Shown here piece after piece: positions 10,482 to 19,868 of a DNA stretch of 64,000 nt (its first letter is position 1; every line of letters starts with the position of its first letter). This DNA is from Thermoplasmatota archaeon. Its GTDB lineage: Archaea; Thermoplasmatota; SW-10-69-26; JACQPN01; JAJPHT01. The translations under genes and the position numbers were made by a program. The DNA lies in contig DATLCC010000102.1 in the NCBI GenBank assembly GCA_035526585.1, positions 3,743 through 67,742 of the forward strand, written 5' to 3'. The notes below the pieces were generated by a model. It ran no database searches, was not told where the DNA came from, and saw nothing but the letters and a program-made list of their open reading frames with translations.

Positions 10482-11598
10482 GGAGGCCCCTTCCCGGCTC
10501 GCGCGCTTCGCGGGCCCGCTCCTCACGCTCATCGTCATCGCCGTCACGGAGATCTTCACGCACGCGATCCCCCTGGGCGAGCTCCCCTCCGCCGGGCTGT
10601 TCCTCCTCGCCTACGTGCCGATCGCCTACAGCGCGCTCCAGGGCGGCCTTCCGCTGGGCCTCCTTTCCACCGCGCTCCTCACCCTCTACACGTTCCGCTA
10701 CGTGGCGCAGCCTGGCGAGATCGTCGAGCTGCGCCCCATCGTGTGGCCCAGCCTCGCGATCGTCTCCGGCCTCGGCGTCGCGATGACGTGGCCCATGAGC
10801 CGGATCAAGAGGCGCGAGGATCGTCTGCGCGAGGCGCTCGAGTCGCGCGCGCAGGACCTCCAGGCGCGCAACGCCGATCTCACGAGCGCGAACGAAGCGC
10901 TCGAGGCGTTCGGATACGTCGTGAGCCACGACCTCAAGGAGCCCGTGCGCGCGCTGGAGAACTACCTCGACGCCGCGCGACAGGAATGGCCCAGCGACGA
11001 GAGCCGCGGCTTCGTCGAGCAGGCGTACCGCGCGAACGAGCGGCTCGCGCGGCTGCTGCACGGCCTCCTCGACTACAGCCGCCTCTCGAGCGGTGCCACG
11101 ACGACGCGCGCGGTGGACATCGAGGCCGTGCTCACGAGCGACGCATGTCGCGCGCAGTACGAGAAGCTCCTCCACGAGACGGACGCCCAGCTGCGCATCG
11201 AGCCCGGGCTCCCGCGCGTCCAGGGGGACGACGCGATGCTCGCCCAGCTGTTCGGCAACGTCCTCCTGAACGCGCTTCGCCACCACGGCCGCGCCGGCGC
11301 GCGCGTCGTCGTGGGCTCCGCCGAGGCGGCCGACGGCTTCGCGCACGTCACGGTCTGCGACGACGGCCCCGGCTTCCCCCCCGACGTCCTCGCGCGCTTC
11401 GGCGAGCTACGCGGCAACAGGCCCGCCACGATCAAGAGCGGCTTCGGCCTCGTCATCGCGCACCGCGCCGCCCAACGCCTGGGAGGCCGGATGTGGATCG
11501 AGAACCCGCCTGGCGGCGGCGCCCGCGTGCACGTCGAGCTTCCGGCCGCGCCCGGCGGGGCCGCCGCGACGGCGGCGCACCTCAGCCACACCGCGTGA
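10468..11598 (+). CDS. Membrane-bound histidine kinase
   Basis: About 4 N-terminal hydrophobic spans, coiled coil, H-box FGYVVSHDLKEPVR, N-box NVLLNALRH, DDGPGF, GFGLVI. Overlaps the preceding RR by 14 nt. Confidence 0.85.
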   Translation: MARLEEAPSRLARFAGPLLTLIVIAVTEIFTHAIPLGELPSAGLFLLAYVPIAYSALQGGLPLGLLSTALLTLYTFRYVAQPGEIVELRPIVWPSLAIVSGLGVAMTWPMSRIKRREDRLREALESRAQDLQARNADLTSANEALEAFGYVVSHDLKEPVRALENYLDAARQEWPSDESRGFVEQAYRANERLARLLHGLLDYSRLSSGATTTRAVDIEAVLTSDACRAQYEKLLHETDAQLRIEPGLPRVQGDDAMLAQLFGNVLLNALRHHGRAGARVVVGSAEAADGFAHVTVCDDGPGFPPDVLARFGELRGNRPATIKSGFGLVIAHRAAQRLGGRMWIENPPGGGARVHVELPAAPGGAAATAAHLSHTA

Positions 11599-11608
11599 AC
11601 GCCTGCGC

Positions 11609-11734
11609 TCAGGCCGAGGGCTCGTCGGGCTCCACGTCGCCCACGTCCTCCGTGTCGAGCCCCTTCATCCCGTCGGGGATGTTCTCGCCGATCTCCTTCT
11701 CGGCCTTCCGCATCTTCTCGGCGCTCTCCGGCAT
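11609..11734 (-). CDS. Small acidic protein (41 aa), hypothetical
   Basis: ATG 11734; MPESAEKMRKAEKEIGENIPDGMKGLDTEDVGDVEPDEPSA. Third positions are strongly G/C-biased. Confidence 0.4.
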   Translation of the reverse strand: MPESAEKMRKAEKEIGENIPDGMKGLDTEDVGDVEPDEPSA

Positions 11735-11845
11735 GGTGGTCGCTTCTGCGGAAGCGGGAGTTGTGGCTTGTCGCTGGATCCTCGCTGAAGAGAGCCCTCG
11801 CATGCCGAGTGAGCTTCATGAGGGTCGAGGTCCATTCGAAGAGGA

Positions 11846-14800
11846 TTGGCCCGCGACGCCGCCAACGCGACCTGGGATTGGGACCGCCTGCGCGCCTACG
11901 CGCCAGCGGGCGCCCTCCGGCGCGCCCTGGACCACCTGCTCCTGGGGCAGGTCGAGCTCGACGCGCCGGGGGCGCACCTCGCCGGCCGGGTCGGAGGGTT
12001 CGACGTCGGCGTCTCGCGGGCGGACGGGCGCGGCCTCTGCTCCTGCCTCGTCCCTCAACCCTGCGCCCACGGCGTCGCCCTCCTCGCGGCCGCGAGCGGG
12101 CTCGCCGCCTCGGCCGCCCCCGGCGCCGTGCGCGACGCGGGGCGACCCGCCTTCCGGCCCACCGACGCGCCCGTCCCCGTCCCCGCCTTCCCAGAGTCGG
12201 CGACCGACTACGAGGTGCCCGCGGACGCGCTCAGCGAGGCGCAACGCACCGCGGTCGAGGCGACGACGGGCGTCATCCGTCGCTCGGCGACCGCCTACGC
12301 GCTCCCGCGCGAGGAGGCGCCCGCGCTCGCCGGCGCGCTGGAGGCGTTGGGCACGTCGCTCGTCACCTTCGCGCGCCGGCCGTACGTGCGACTGCGGGCG
12401 AACCGGCGCGAAGGGCTCGCGCGCCTGCTCAGCAGCGAGACGCCGGGGATGGGCGTGCGCGGCGTGCTGGAGCGCCACGGATTCCGCCCCGTGAGGAAGC
12501 CCAAGTCGCTCATCCACGAATGGGAAGGCCCCGTGGGCGCGCTGCACCTTGCGGCCGAGGAGATCGCGCGCCTCGGGGGCGCGGTCGTGCTCGCCGAGAG
12601 CGCGCCGCCCACCTTCGAGCCCCTCGCGGCCGCTTCGCCGCCGGCGCGCGCTCGGACGGCCGTGATGCCCGTGATCCTCTCGAAGCGCCGCTTCGAGTGG
12701 TGGACGCCCCGCGAAGCGCTCGTCCCGCTCCAGCTCGCGATCCTCCAGCGCCACAGCTTCGGACAGGACCGCGGCATCCTCCTCAGCAACGAAGCCAGCC
12801 GCAACGCCGAGCGCGAGCTTGTCGCCGCCGGCCTTCACGTCCTCCGCGTGGACGACGCGCTCGCGGTCGTGGCGGAGGCCACGACCGGCGGAGAGGAAGG
12901 CGTGACGCTCCTCAGGGTCAAAGCGCGCCCGCTGCCCGGACCCATCGGCGACGCGCTGCGCCGCCACGGATACACGCTCAAGGGCACATCCAGCGGCGAG
13001 ACGCAGCTCGAAGGCCCCGCCGCGAACCTCCCTCCGCTCGCGGGCGCTCTCGCCCAGGCGGGCGCGCACCTCGTCCCCGGCCCCGACGGGTGGCCCGACA
13101 TCCCGGACACGCCGCCCGCGCCCACTGCGCTCGGACCCGACGACCCGCGCGTGCCGATGGCGCGAGCCGGGACCTTGCGCCGCGAGGGGACGCGCCTCGT
13201 CGTGGACGCCGAAGGCGTCCTCCCGCGATCCCTCAGGATCGAGCTCTATCGGATGGGCTATCTTTCCCCGGAGGGCCGGGTGGACGCGCCCGTGAGCGAG
13301 GCGGGGCGGCTCGTCTCCATCCTGCGCGACGGGGGCTTCGACATCAAATGGCCAAAGCCCACCTCGAACGAGTGGCGCCTCACCACCGTGCGCTACCACG
13401 AGCGTCCGCGCAAGGAAGGAGGCGGGACGCTGCTGCACCTCAAGGGCCCGATCCCCCTCGGGCGCCTGGGGGGCGTCGACCCCGCCGCCGAGCACGCAAG
13501 GAACGCCGCCCTCATCGTCTCCATGGAAAACGCGCTCCGCGAGAAGCACCCCGACGCGCGGCAGCTGGCGTTGGGCGTCATGCCCGGCGTCTGGACCGTC
13601 GCGGGCGGCGCGGGCGAGTTCCTCCTGGAGGCCGCCACGCGAGGCGCCGCCGTCACGCCCTCCGGCTCGCTCTCCCCCGCGCCCGCGAGCAAAGGCGTCG
13701 TCCTCGTTGACACGGCGTGCCTGCCGCCGCGCCTCATGGAGTTCCGGCGCACCGTCGACGAGCACGGCGTCCTGCGGCCCGTCGTCTCGCCCGAGATCGA
13801 GTCCGTGATCCGGCGCGTCGTCACCGAAGGGCTCGAGACCGACGAGGAGCGCGGCCACTACCTGATCCCCTCGCCGCGCATGACGGAGCTCCTCGAGGCG
13901 CTCCGCGAGATGGGCGCGAAGGTGCTCCAGCGGCGCCTCGCGCCGCGCGGGAAGCGATACGCGCGCTGGGAAGCCAAGCTTCCCGAGGACGAGACCGGGG
14001 CCCGCCCGAAGCTGCGGCCCCGCTGGCAGGGCGTGCCCTACGACGGCGAGGTCCCGCGTCTCCGGGACACGACCGAGCTCGACCCGCACCAGCGCGAGGC
14101 GATCGCGTTCATCCTGGAGCGCGGCTACTGCGCGCTCCTCGCCGACGAGATGGGCCTCGGGAAGACGCTCACCTCGATCGCCGCCGCGCAGTTCCTCCCC
14201 GGCCGCGTGCTCGTCGTCTGCCCCGCGAGCGCGCGAAGCGTGTGGAAGCAGGAGGTGCGCGCGTGGACGCAAGAGCAGGTGAAGGTGCTGGACCCGGCGT
14301 CTCCGCCTTCCGCCGCAGCGGAAGGTGACGAGAAGTACGTTGTCGTCGCGTATTCGGGGCTCTCGAAGTTCGGCGATGTGCTATCAAGCATGAAGTGGGA
14401 CCTCGTCATCCTCGACGAGAGCCACTACGTCAAGTCGCGCACGGCGCAGCGCACGCGCCTCGTCGAGGAGAAGCTGCGGCGCATCCCGCGGCGGCTCATC
14501 CTGTCGGGCACGCCCGTGATGAACGAGCCCAAGGAGGTTCGCACGCAGCTCGCCTTCACGCACCCCGACGAGTGGAGCGACACGGCGTGGTTCAACCGGC
14601 GCTTCCAGCAACCCTGGCGCCACGGCACGCCCGAGGTGCGCGAGCAGGTGCTGACGCGGCTTCGCGAATACATGGAGGGCGTGATGCTGCGGCGCGAGAA
14701 GCGCCAGGCGCTCCCCGATCTCCCCGAGAAGCACCTGCACGTGCATCGACTCGAGCTCGCCGCCGCCGCGCGCCGCTCGTACGACGAGCAGGAGGACGCC

Positions 14801-15496
14801 TTCCGCGACTACGTGCAGGAGCACGACGAGAACGCGCTCACCTCCGGCATGGCTGCGACGAGCGGGCGGCTGGAGGCGTTGAAACAGAATGTGCTGTTGG
14901 GAAAGCTCCCGATCATCCTGACCGAATTGCGCAAGATCCTCGACGGCGCGGGGGCGGACCCCCCCACGGCGCCCCCTCTCCAAGAGAAGATCGTCGTCTT
15001 CTGCCACTACCGGGAGCCCATCCGCGCGATGGCGAAGGAGCTCGCCCAGTACGGCGTCGTCACGCTCACGGGCAGCACGGAGGCCGAGCAGCGCGGCGAG
15101 GTCGTGCGCCGCTTCCAGGAGGATCCGGAGGTGCGCGTCTTCATCGGCCAGACCGTCGCCGCGGGCACCGCGATCACGCTCACGCGCGCGCGGCATGCTA
15201 TCTTCACCGATCTCGAATGGAACCCGGCGCTCCACCGCCAGGCGATGGACCGCATCCACCGCAAGACGCAGACGCGCGACGTGGAGATCCACTTCTATCT
15301 CGCCGAGGACACCATCGAAGGTGATATCGCCGAAGTCCTCGAGGAAAAGACGGCCATGATGGACCAGCTCCTCGAGGGGCGCACCGGCTCCTCCTTCGGC
15401 CTCCGCGACAAGGACGTCGTCCAACGCGAGGTCGCGCTGCGCATCCTCTCCCGCCGCCGTCGCCTGATGGCGACGGGCGGTGACGATGACGACTGA
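11846..15496 (+). CDS. SWIM zinc-finger / SNF2-family helicase (about 1216 aa)
   Basis: SWIM-like CSCLVPQPCAHG near the N-terminus. SNF2 motifs LADEMGLGKT (I), DESHYVK (II), SGTPVMN (III), and helicase-C block QAMDRIHR. TTG start preceded by GAGGA. Confidence 0.85.
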   Translation: MARDAANATWDWDRLRAYAPAGALRRALDHLLLGQVELDAPGAHLAGRVGGFDVGVSRADGRGLCSCLVPQPCAHGVALLAAASGLAASAAPGAVRDAGRPAFRPTDAPVPVPAFPESATDYEVPADALSEAQRTAVEATTGVIRRSATAYALPREEAPALAGALEALGTSLVTFARRPYVRLRANRREGLARLLSSETPGMGVRGVLERHGFRPVRKPKSLIHEWEGPVGALHLAAEEIARLGGAVVLAESAPPTFEPLAAASPPARARTAVMPVILSKRRFEWWTPREALVPLQLAILQRHSFGQDRGILLSNEASRNAERELVAAGLHVLRVDDALAVVAEATTGGEEGVTLLRVKARPLPGPIGDALRRHGYTLKGTSSGETQLEGPAANLPPLAGALAQAGAHLVPGPDGWPDIPDTPPAPTALGPDDPRVPMARAGTLRREGTRLVVDAEGVLPRSLRIELYRMGYLSPEGRVDAPVSEAGRLVSILRDGGFDIKWPKPTSNEWRLTTVRYHERPRKEGGGTLLHLKGPIPLGRLGGVDPAAEHARNAALIVSMENALREKHPDARQLALGVMPGVWTVAGGAGEFLLEAATRGAAVTPSGSLSPAPASKGVVLVDTACLPPRLMEFRRTVDEHGVLRPVVSPEIESVIRRVVTEGLETDEERGHYLIPSPRMTELLEALREMGAKVLQRRLAPRGKRYARWEAKLPEDETGARPKLRPRWQGVPYDGEVPRLRDTTELDPHQREAIAFILERGYCALLADEMGLGKTLTSIAAAQFLPGRVLVVCPASARSVWKQEVRAWTQEQVKVLDPASPPSAAAEGDEKYVVVAYSGLSKFGDVLSSMKWDLVILDESHYVKSRTAQRTRLVEEKLRRIPRRLILSGTPVMNEPKEVRTQLAFTHPDEWSDTAWFNRRFQQPWRHGTPEVREQVLTRLREYMEGVMLRREKRQALPDLPEKHLHVHRLELAAAARRSYDEQEDAFRDYVQEHDENALTSGMAATSGRLEALKQNVLLGKLPIILTELRKILDGAGADPPTAPPLQEKIVVFCHYREPIRAMAKELAQYGVVTLTGSTEAEQRGEVVRRFQEDPEVRVFIGQTVAAGTAITLTRARHAIFTDLEWNPALHRQAMDRIHRKTQTRDVEIHFYLAEDTIEGDIAEVLEEKTAMMDQLLEGRTGSSFGLRDKDVVQREVALRILSRRRRLMATGGDDDD

Positions 15497-15507
15497 TCCA
15501 AAGACGC

Positions 15508-15888
15508 TCAGACGTCGAAGCGCCGAGACTCGATGACGAGCGTGCCGCTGCCCACCGCTTCCAGGCGTCGCACGCTCGGCTGCGGGGGGCAGCCCTCGTG
15601 GGGCTCAGGGGGCCCGCCTCGGAGGGGCCACAGCTCGAAGCCCACTGCCGTGACGGTCGTGACGTGGCCGCCTCCTGGAAGCACGATCTCCACGATCTGG
15701 CCATCGGCCACTGCGCGCTCGGTGCGCTCGTCGATCGGGCCGGGATCGAAGTCGTAGGGGAGCGAGCCAGGACACCGGAAGTCCGCGACGGACATCGGCC
15801 CGCTCGTCGTGGTCCGGGTGAGAAGGTACGCGCCGGCGGATCCCGCCATGAGCGCGGCGACGATCGCGATCATCACCCAGGCGCGCAC
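15508..15888 (-). CDS. Hypothetical signal-anchored protein (126 aa)
   Basis: N-terminal hydrophobic segment MRAWVMIAIVAALMAGSAGAYLL; codon bias is coding-like. Confidence 0.5.
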   Translation of the reverse strand: MRAWVMIAIVAALMAGSAGAYLLTRTTTSGPMSVADFRCPGSLPYDFDPGPIDERTERAVADGQIVEIVLPGGGHVTTVTAVGFELWPLRGGPPEPHEGCPPQPSVRRLEAVGSGTLVIESRRFDV

Positions 15889-15979
15889 AGCAAGAAGGAG
15901 CGAGCTCGCGACCTCAAGGCACTCGTGTCACCCGTGGAGGTCAACGCGGGCGGGGCCTCTCGAACGCTTAAGCGCAACC

Positions 15980-16399
15980 ATGCCGCTGCCCTGGAACATG
16001 GACCCCCACGCGGACCTCGCCCAGCGCTTCTTTGGCGCCTTCGCGAAGAAGGACATCGACGCCGCGCGCGCGTGCCTCGCGCCGCACGTGACGTGGCACG
16101 TGCCTGGGCAGAGCGTGATCTCGGGCGCGCACCGCGGCCCGGACGGCGTGCTCGCGTACTTCGCGAAGCTCCGCGCGCTCACCGAGGGCACCTGGCAGGC
16201 GCACCCGATCGACCTCCTCGCCGGGAAGAGCGGCGCGATCGTCCTCGCGCGGGGCACGGGCGCGCGGCAGGGGCGCCGCTTCGACGCGACCTACGCGCTC
16301 CACCTGCGCATGGAGGGCGGGCTCATCGTGGAGGCGCGGCTTTACCCGGAGGACCTGAGCGCCTTGGACGCCTTCTGGGGGACCGACGCGCCGAAGTGA
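15980..16399 (+). CDS. SnoaL-like / NTF2-fold protein
   Basis: About 139 aa with a pattern (AQRFFGAFAKKDIDAARACLAPHVTWHVPG...) typical of the ketosteroid-isomerase-like fold. Internal ATG of track ORF 15809..16399. Confidence 0.6.
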   Translation: MPLPWNMDPHADLAQRFFGAFAKKDIDAARACLAPHVTWHVPGQSVISGAHRGPDGVLAYFAKLRALTEGTWQAHPIDLLAGKSGAIVLARGTGARQGRRFDATYALHLRMEGGLIVEARLYPEDLSALDAFWGTDAPK

Positions 16400-16427
16400 G
16401 CGGAGCGCCGAAGCGGACGCGCCTACG

Positions 16428-17597
16428 CTACGACGCATGCACGGCGGGCGCGCGCGCGGGTTCGAGCCAGATCTGCGCGATCCCGACGAGGGCGAGCGCG
16501 ACGCCGAAGGCGAGCGCGGGCACGAGGCCGCCCGCGGCGCAGAGGGAGAGCACGAGGAGCGCGCTCGCGCCGCGCACGCTCGCGCGCCACTTCCCTTCCC
16601 ACGGCCCCGTGCGCGTGGCGGTCGTGAGGTGGATGGTGCCCATCGCGAGGAGCGCGACGACGACCGAGCCCCCGAGGAGCCAGCGCCCGTGCGCGTCGAA
16701 GGGCGCGCCGAGGGCCGCTTTCGCGAGCTCCTCCGCGCCGACGGCGGCGGCGGTGATCCCCATGACGAGCGGCAGGTGCGCATAGAACCACACCTGGCCC
16801 GCGACGCGCGTCTTGCGGACGACCTGCTCTTCCATGTTGTCGAAGTACGTCCACCATAGGCAGAAGACGATCCCGAGGCCCAGCCCGCCGCCCAGGAACG
16901 CGGCGATCGAAGGCCGCTCGATGCCGCGCACGATCGCGGCGACGGCCTCGCCGAGCACGATGATCGTGAAGAGGCCGATCCGCTCGGGAAGATGCGACGT
17001 GGAGAGAGGCAGCTTCGCCTGCAGCGCGCGCGCCGTGAGCGGCGTGCCGATGTCGACGATCATCGCGACGCCCCACAACACGTATCGCCACGGCGCCGGC
17101 AGCAAGAGCGACGCGAGCCAGAGGGCGGCGGCGAACGAGAAGCCCAGGGCATAGCGCGCGCAGAGGGGGCGCGCGAGCGGGACGTACCGGGCGACGCGCA
17201 CGTACTGCGCGATGAGGAGCGCGCGCAACGCGACGTACGCGAGCGCGAAGCCTGGCGCGGCGAACGCGCCGTGGATGCTGAGCGCGAGCGCGGCGGCGCC
17301 GATCATCTGCAGGAACGTGATCAGGCGCGTGCCCAGGTCGTCCGTGTCGAAGCGGTCGTTGTAGAGGGTGACGCCGACCCACGACCACCACACGGGCACG
17401 AAGAGCGCCGCGAAGCGCAGCACGCTCCCGCCCGTCGCGAGCTCGTGCGCGAGCGCGGCGACCACGACGACGTAGACGAGGTCGTAGAACAACTCCAGCC
17501 ACGTGGCGCGGCGCTGGGCGTCGCCAGGCTCGTTCGAGCGGAGTCGGGGCGGGACGAAGACGGGCAACAAAGCGACATCATGTCTCCGTCTCTTCAC
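16428..17597 (-). CDS. LtrA (low-temperature-requirement A) family membrane protein
   Basis: ATWLELFYDLVYVVVV signature and about 10 hydrophobic spans. GTG 17597 is preferred over the track start 17639, which lies inside an intergenic hairpin. Confidence 0.75.
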   Translation of the reverse strand: MKRRRHDVALLPVFVPPRLRSNEPGDAQRRATWLELFYDLVYVVVVAALAHELATGGSVLRFAALFVPVWWSWVGVTLYNDRFDTDDLGTRLITFLQMIGAAALALSIHGAFAAPGFALAYVALRALLIAQYVRVARYVPLARPLCARYALGFSFAAALWLASLLLPAPWRYVLWGVAMIVDIGTPLTARALQAKLPLSTSHLPERIGLFTIIVLGEAVAAIVRGIERPSIAAFLGGGLGLGIVFCLWWTYFDNMEEQVVRKTRVAGQVWFYAHLPLVMGITAAAVGAEELAKAALGAPFDAHGRWLLGGSVVVALLAMGTIHLTTATRTGPWEGKWRASVRGASALLVLSLCAAGGLVPALAFGVALALVGIAQIWLEPARAPAVHAS

Positions 17598-17608
17598 CGC
17601 TTCGCTTG

Positions 17609-17674
17609 GCGCGACCGACGCGACGAACGCGACAAGCAAAGTGTCGCGTCTGTCGCGTCGTCGCGTCCGTCGCG
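17609..17674. repeat. Long imperfect hairpin built from CGCGAC / GTCGCG units (copy 1)
   Basis: Left arm has 3x CGCGAC (17610, 17619, 17628), loop AAGCAAAGT, right arm has 4x GTCGCG (17643, 17652, 17660, 17669). It fills the spacer between the M14 peptidase stop and the ltrA start. Confidence 0.8.
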
Positions 17675-17684
17675 AGAAGCGACG

Positions 17685-18983
17685 CTAGCCCGCGACGGGG
17701 AGCGAAGGAAGGAGCCGGCCCGGATCGGTGGGCGCCCCTTCGGCGGGCTCGGGTGATATCAGCGCCGCCTTCACGTACGCGGGCAACGGCGCCGGCGGCG
17801 TGCCCGCGGGGAGCGGGGGCGCCGCGTAGGGGAGGTCCCACGCATCGATGGCCTCCCAGTTCTGGAGCAGGAAGAGCGGGATCGGGAGCGAGGCGTCGAG
17901 CCAGTAGCGGAGGCCCTTGTAGGGTTCGAGGTAGACCTGCTGGACGTAGTCCTCGCTCGTGATGCTCGTGTACCAGATCTCGATCTCGAGCGTGAAGCTC
18001 GCGGCCTCGTACGTCGCGTAGACGTAGTCGCCGCTGGAGCCGCTCGCGCTGTACGGGAGCCCGGCGCTGAAGTTGCCCCACGCGGCCTTGCCGGCGCGAT
18101 AGCTCGTGTTCGTGCGCGTCCAGTCGAGCACGCGCTCGAAGAGCGCGTCGTGCTCGGGGGGAAGCGGGAAAGGCGCATCATACGCGGCCCACGGGGAGAT
18201 GAGCGCGTTGGTCGGCGTGTGATAGCTGAGGTACACGACGAGCCGCGAGCCCACCTCCGCGAGGAGGTCGCGCATCGCCTGCGACTCGGGCTCGCTGAAC
18301 GGGCCGGAGCCGCAGTTCTCGGCGACGATCGAGACGCTCGGCATGCTCTGGTTCGTGGCGTGCGCGAGTGTGCCCATCGCGAGGTTCGACGCGCCCAGAG
18401 GGTTCCCCCAATCGAGGTCGTAATTCCTGTTCAGGTTCACGCCGAGCGCGTTGCCGCGCGTCCCGTCGACATAGCCGTCCGGGTTCACGATGGGTACGGT
18501 GTGGATCTCAAGCGCGTCGAGCCAGCCGGCGACGGTCGCGTTCGTCGCGCGGTTGTCGAGAAGGAAGTCGATGAGGTAGAGCGCCATCTCGGTGCCTGCG
18601 ACCTCGTTCCCATGGTGGCCGCCGTCGATGAAGACGACGGGCTTCGGGCCCAGGATCGCCTCGTTCGTGAGCACGACGTCCCACATGGGGCGCCCCAGGA
18701 TGCTCGCGCCGAACGTGCGCACCTCGACGAAGCCGGGCTGCGTCGCATTCCACATGGCGACTCTCGCTTCGACCTCCTCGAAGGTGTGGAAGGGCTCGGC
18801 CGGAAGGATGCCGAACGTCTTCGTGCGCGTGGGTTCGCCCGTGATGTTGTAGAAGTCCGTGAGCGGGAGGATCGTGGGCTGGTCCGCGCCGAGCGCGGGC
18901 CCGACCGAGCCGGGCGTGAGAAGGCTCGCGCCGGTGCAGCCCGCGGCGAGCGATGCGATCGCGACGAGCAGAAGGAGCCTCAC
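17685..18983 (-). CDS. M14-family zinc carboxypeptidase, lipobox lipoprotein
   Basis: GTG start then VRLLLLVAIASLAAGC lipobox. Zinc motif GGHHGNEVAG; NPDGY, NRNY. This is only the C-terminal 432 codons of track ORF 17685..20720. Confidence 0.85.
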   Translation of the reverse strand: MRLLLLVAIASLAAGCTGASLLTPGSVGPALGADQPTILPLTDFYNITGEPTRTKTFGILPAEPFHTFEEVEARVAMWNATQPGFVEVRTFGASILGRPMWDVVLTNEAILGPKPVVFIDGGHHGNEVAGTEMALYLIDFLLDNRATNATVAGWLDALEIHTVPIVNPDGYVDGTRGNALGVNLNRNYDLDWGNPLGASNLAMGTLAHATNQSMPSVSIVAENCGSGPFSEPESQAMRDLLAEVGSRLVVYLSYHTPTNALISPWAAYDAPFPLPPEHDALFERVLDWTRTNTSYRAGKAAWGNFSAGLPYSASGSSGDYVYATYEAASFTLEIEIWYTSITSEDYVQQVYLEPYKGLRYWLDASLPIPLFLLQNWEAIDAWDLPYAAPPLPAGTPPAPLPAYVKAALISPEPAEGAPTDPGRLLPSLPVAG

Positions 18984-19112
18984 GTGCCAGCCTCGTGCCG
19001 GAGTGCGGCGGAGACTACCTGAACCCTTGCCTGAGGCGCCGAAGCGGAAGCGGAGCGCGGGAGCGCCTGCCGCGGCCCGAAACGCTATCCACCGCGGCCC
19101 CTGTCGCGTCCC

Positions 19113-19658
19113 ATGGACCGCGAGCGCGCCGGGCTTCTCCTCCTCGCGACGGGCGCGCTCCTGTATTTCCCTGGCATCGCCCTCTCCGACTCGCTCGTCC
19201 TTGTCGCCTGGCCCGTGGCCCTCGCGGGCGCGCTGGTGCTGGCCACTGTCGGAGGCGCGCGGCGGCGCGCCGCGGGGGCGCTCGCGGCGCTCCTCGTCCT
19301 GGCGGCGCTCCTGCTCCTCACGCTCGGAGGGACGATGAACGGCGTGGGCTCGATCGGCGGAGTGCTCGGCAAGGATGCGGAGCTCATCGCCCTCGTCGGC
19401 GTACCGCCGGGCGCGGCGGTCTTCCTCGCGCTCGGGCCAGCGGGAGGCGGCCCGCGGACGCTCGCGCGCATCTCGGTGGGCACCCTCGTCGGCGTCGCGC
19501 TGTGGCTTGCCTTCGAGGCGGCCACGGGCACGTTGTCCGATGGCCTCGTGATCCCCGCATTCGCCTCCATGATCACGGGCAGCGCCGCGCTCGCGTGGGA
19601 GAGCGCGCGGCGCGTCCGTGGGGCGCGGGGGGTCATCGCTATGCCCGCGGACGCGTAA
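19113..19658 (+). CDS. Hypothetical integral membrane protein (181 aa)
   Basis: Five to six hydrophobic spans with coding-like third positions. Confidence 0.5.
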   Translation: MDRERAGLLLLATGALLYFPGIALSDSLVLVAWPVALAGALVLATVGGARRRAAGALAALLVLAALLLLTLGGTMNGVGSIGGVLGKDAELIALVGVPPGAAVFLALGPAGGGPRTLARISVGTLVGVALWLAFEAATGTLSDGLVIPAFASMITGSAALAWESARRVRGARGVIAMPADA

Positions 19659-19670
19659 CCATTCGGTTAC
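19655..19670. promoter_or_regulatory. Palindrome GTAACC-ATTC-GGTTAC (copy 1)
   Basis: AT-rich 6+4+6 inverted repeat overlapping the TAA stop at 19656-19658. The exact reverse complement recurs at 34617-34632. Confidence 0.4.
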
Positions 19671-19771
19671 ACTGGCGCCCTCTGGACACGGCACGACGCG
19701 AACCCGCGGCCCCCGTTGCGGGTACGCGGGTCCGCGTTGTTCGTCTGCTGACCGCGCGCGGGGGAGGGCAA

Positions 19772-19804
<33 letters not shown>

Positions 19805-19868
19805 ACGCCCCTGCGGGGCGTAAGCCCCATACCCAAGGACCCGGTTGGCCGCAGCAGGTGCGTCGAAC

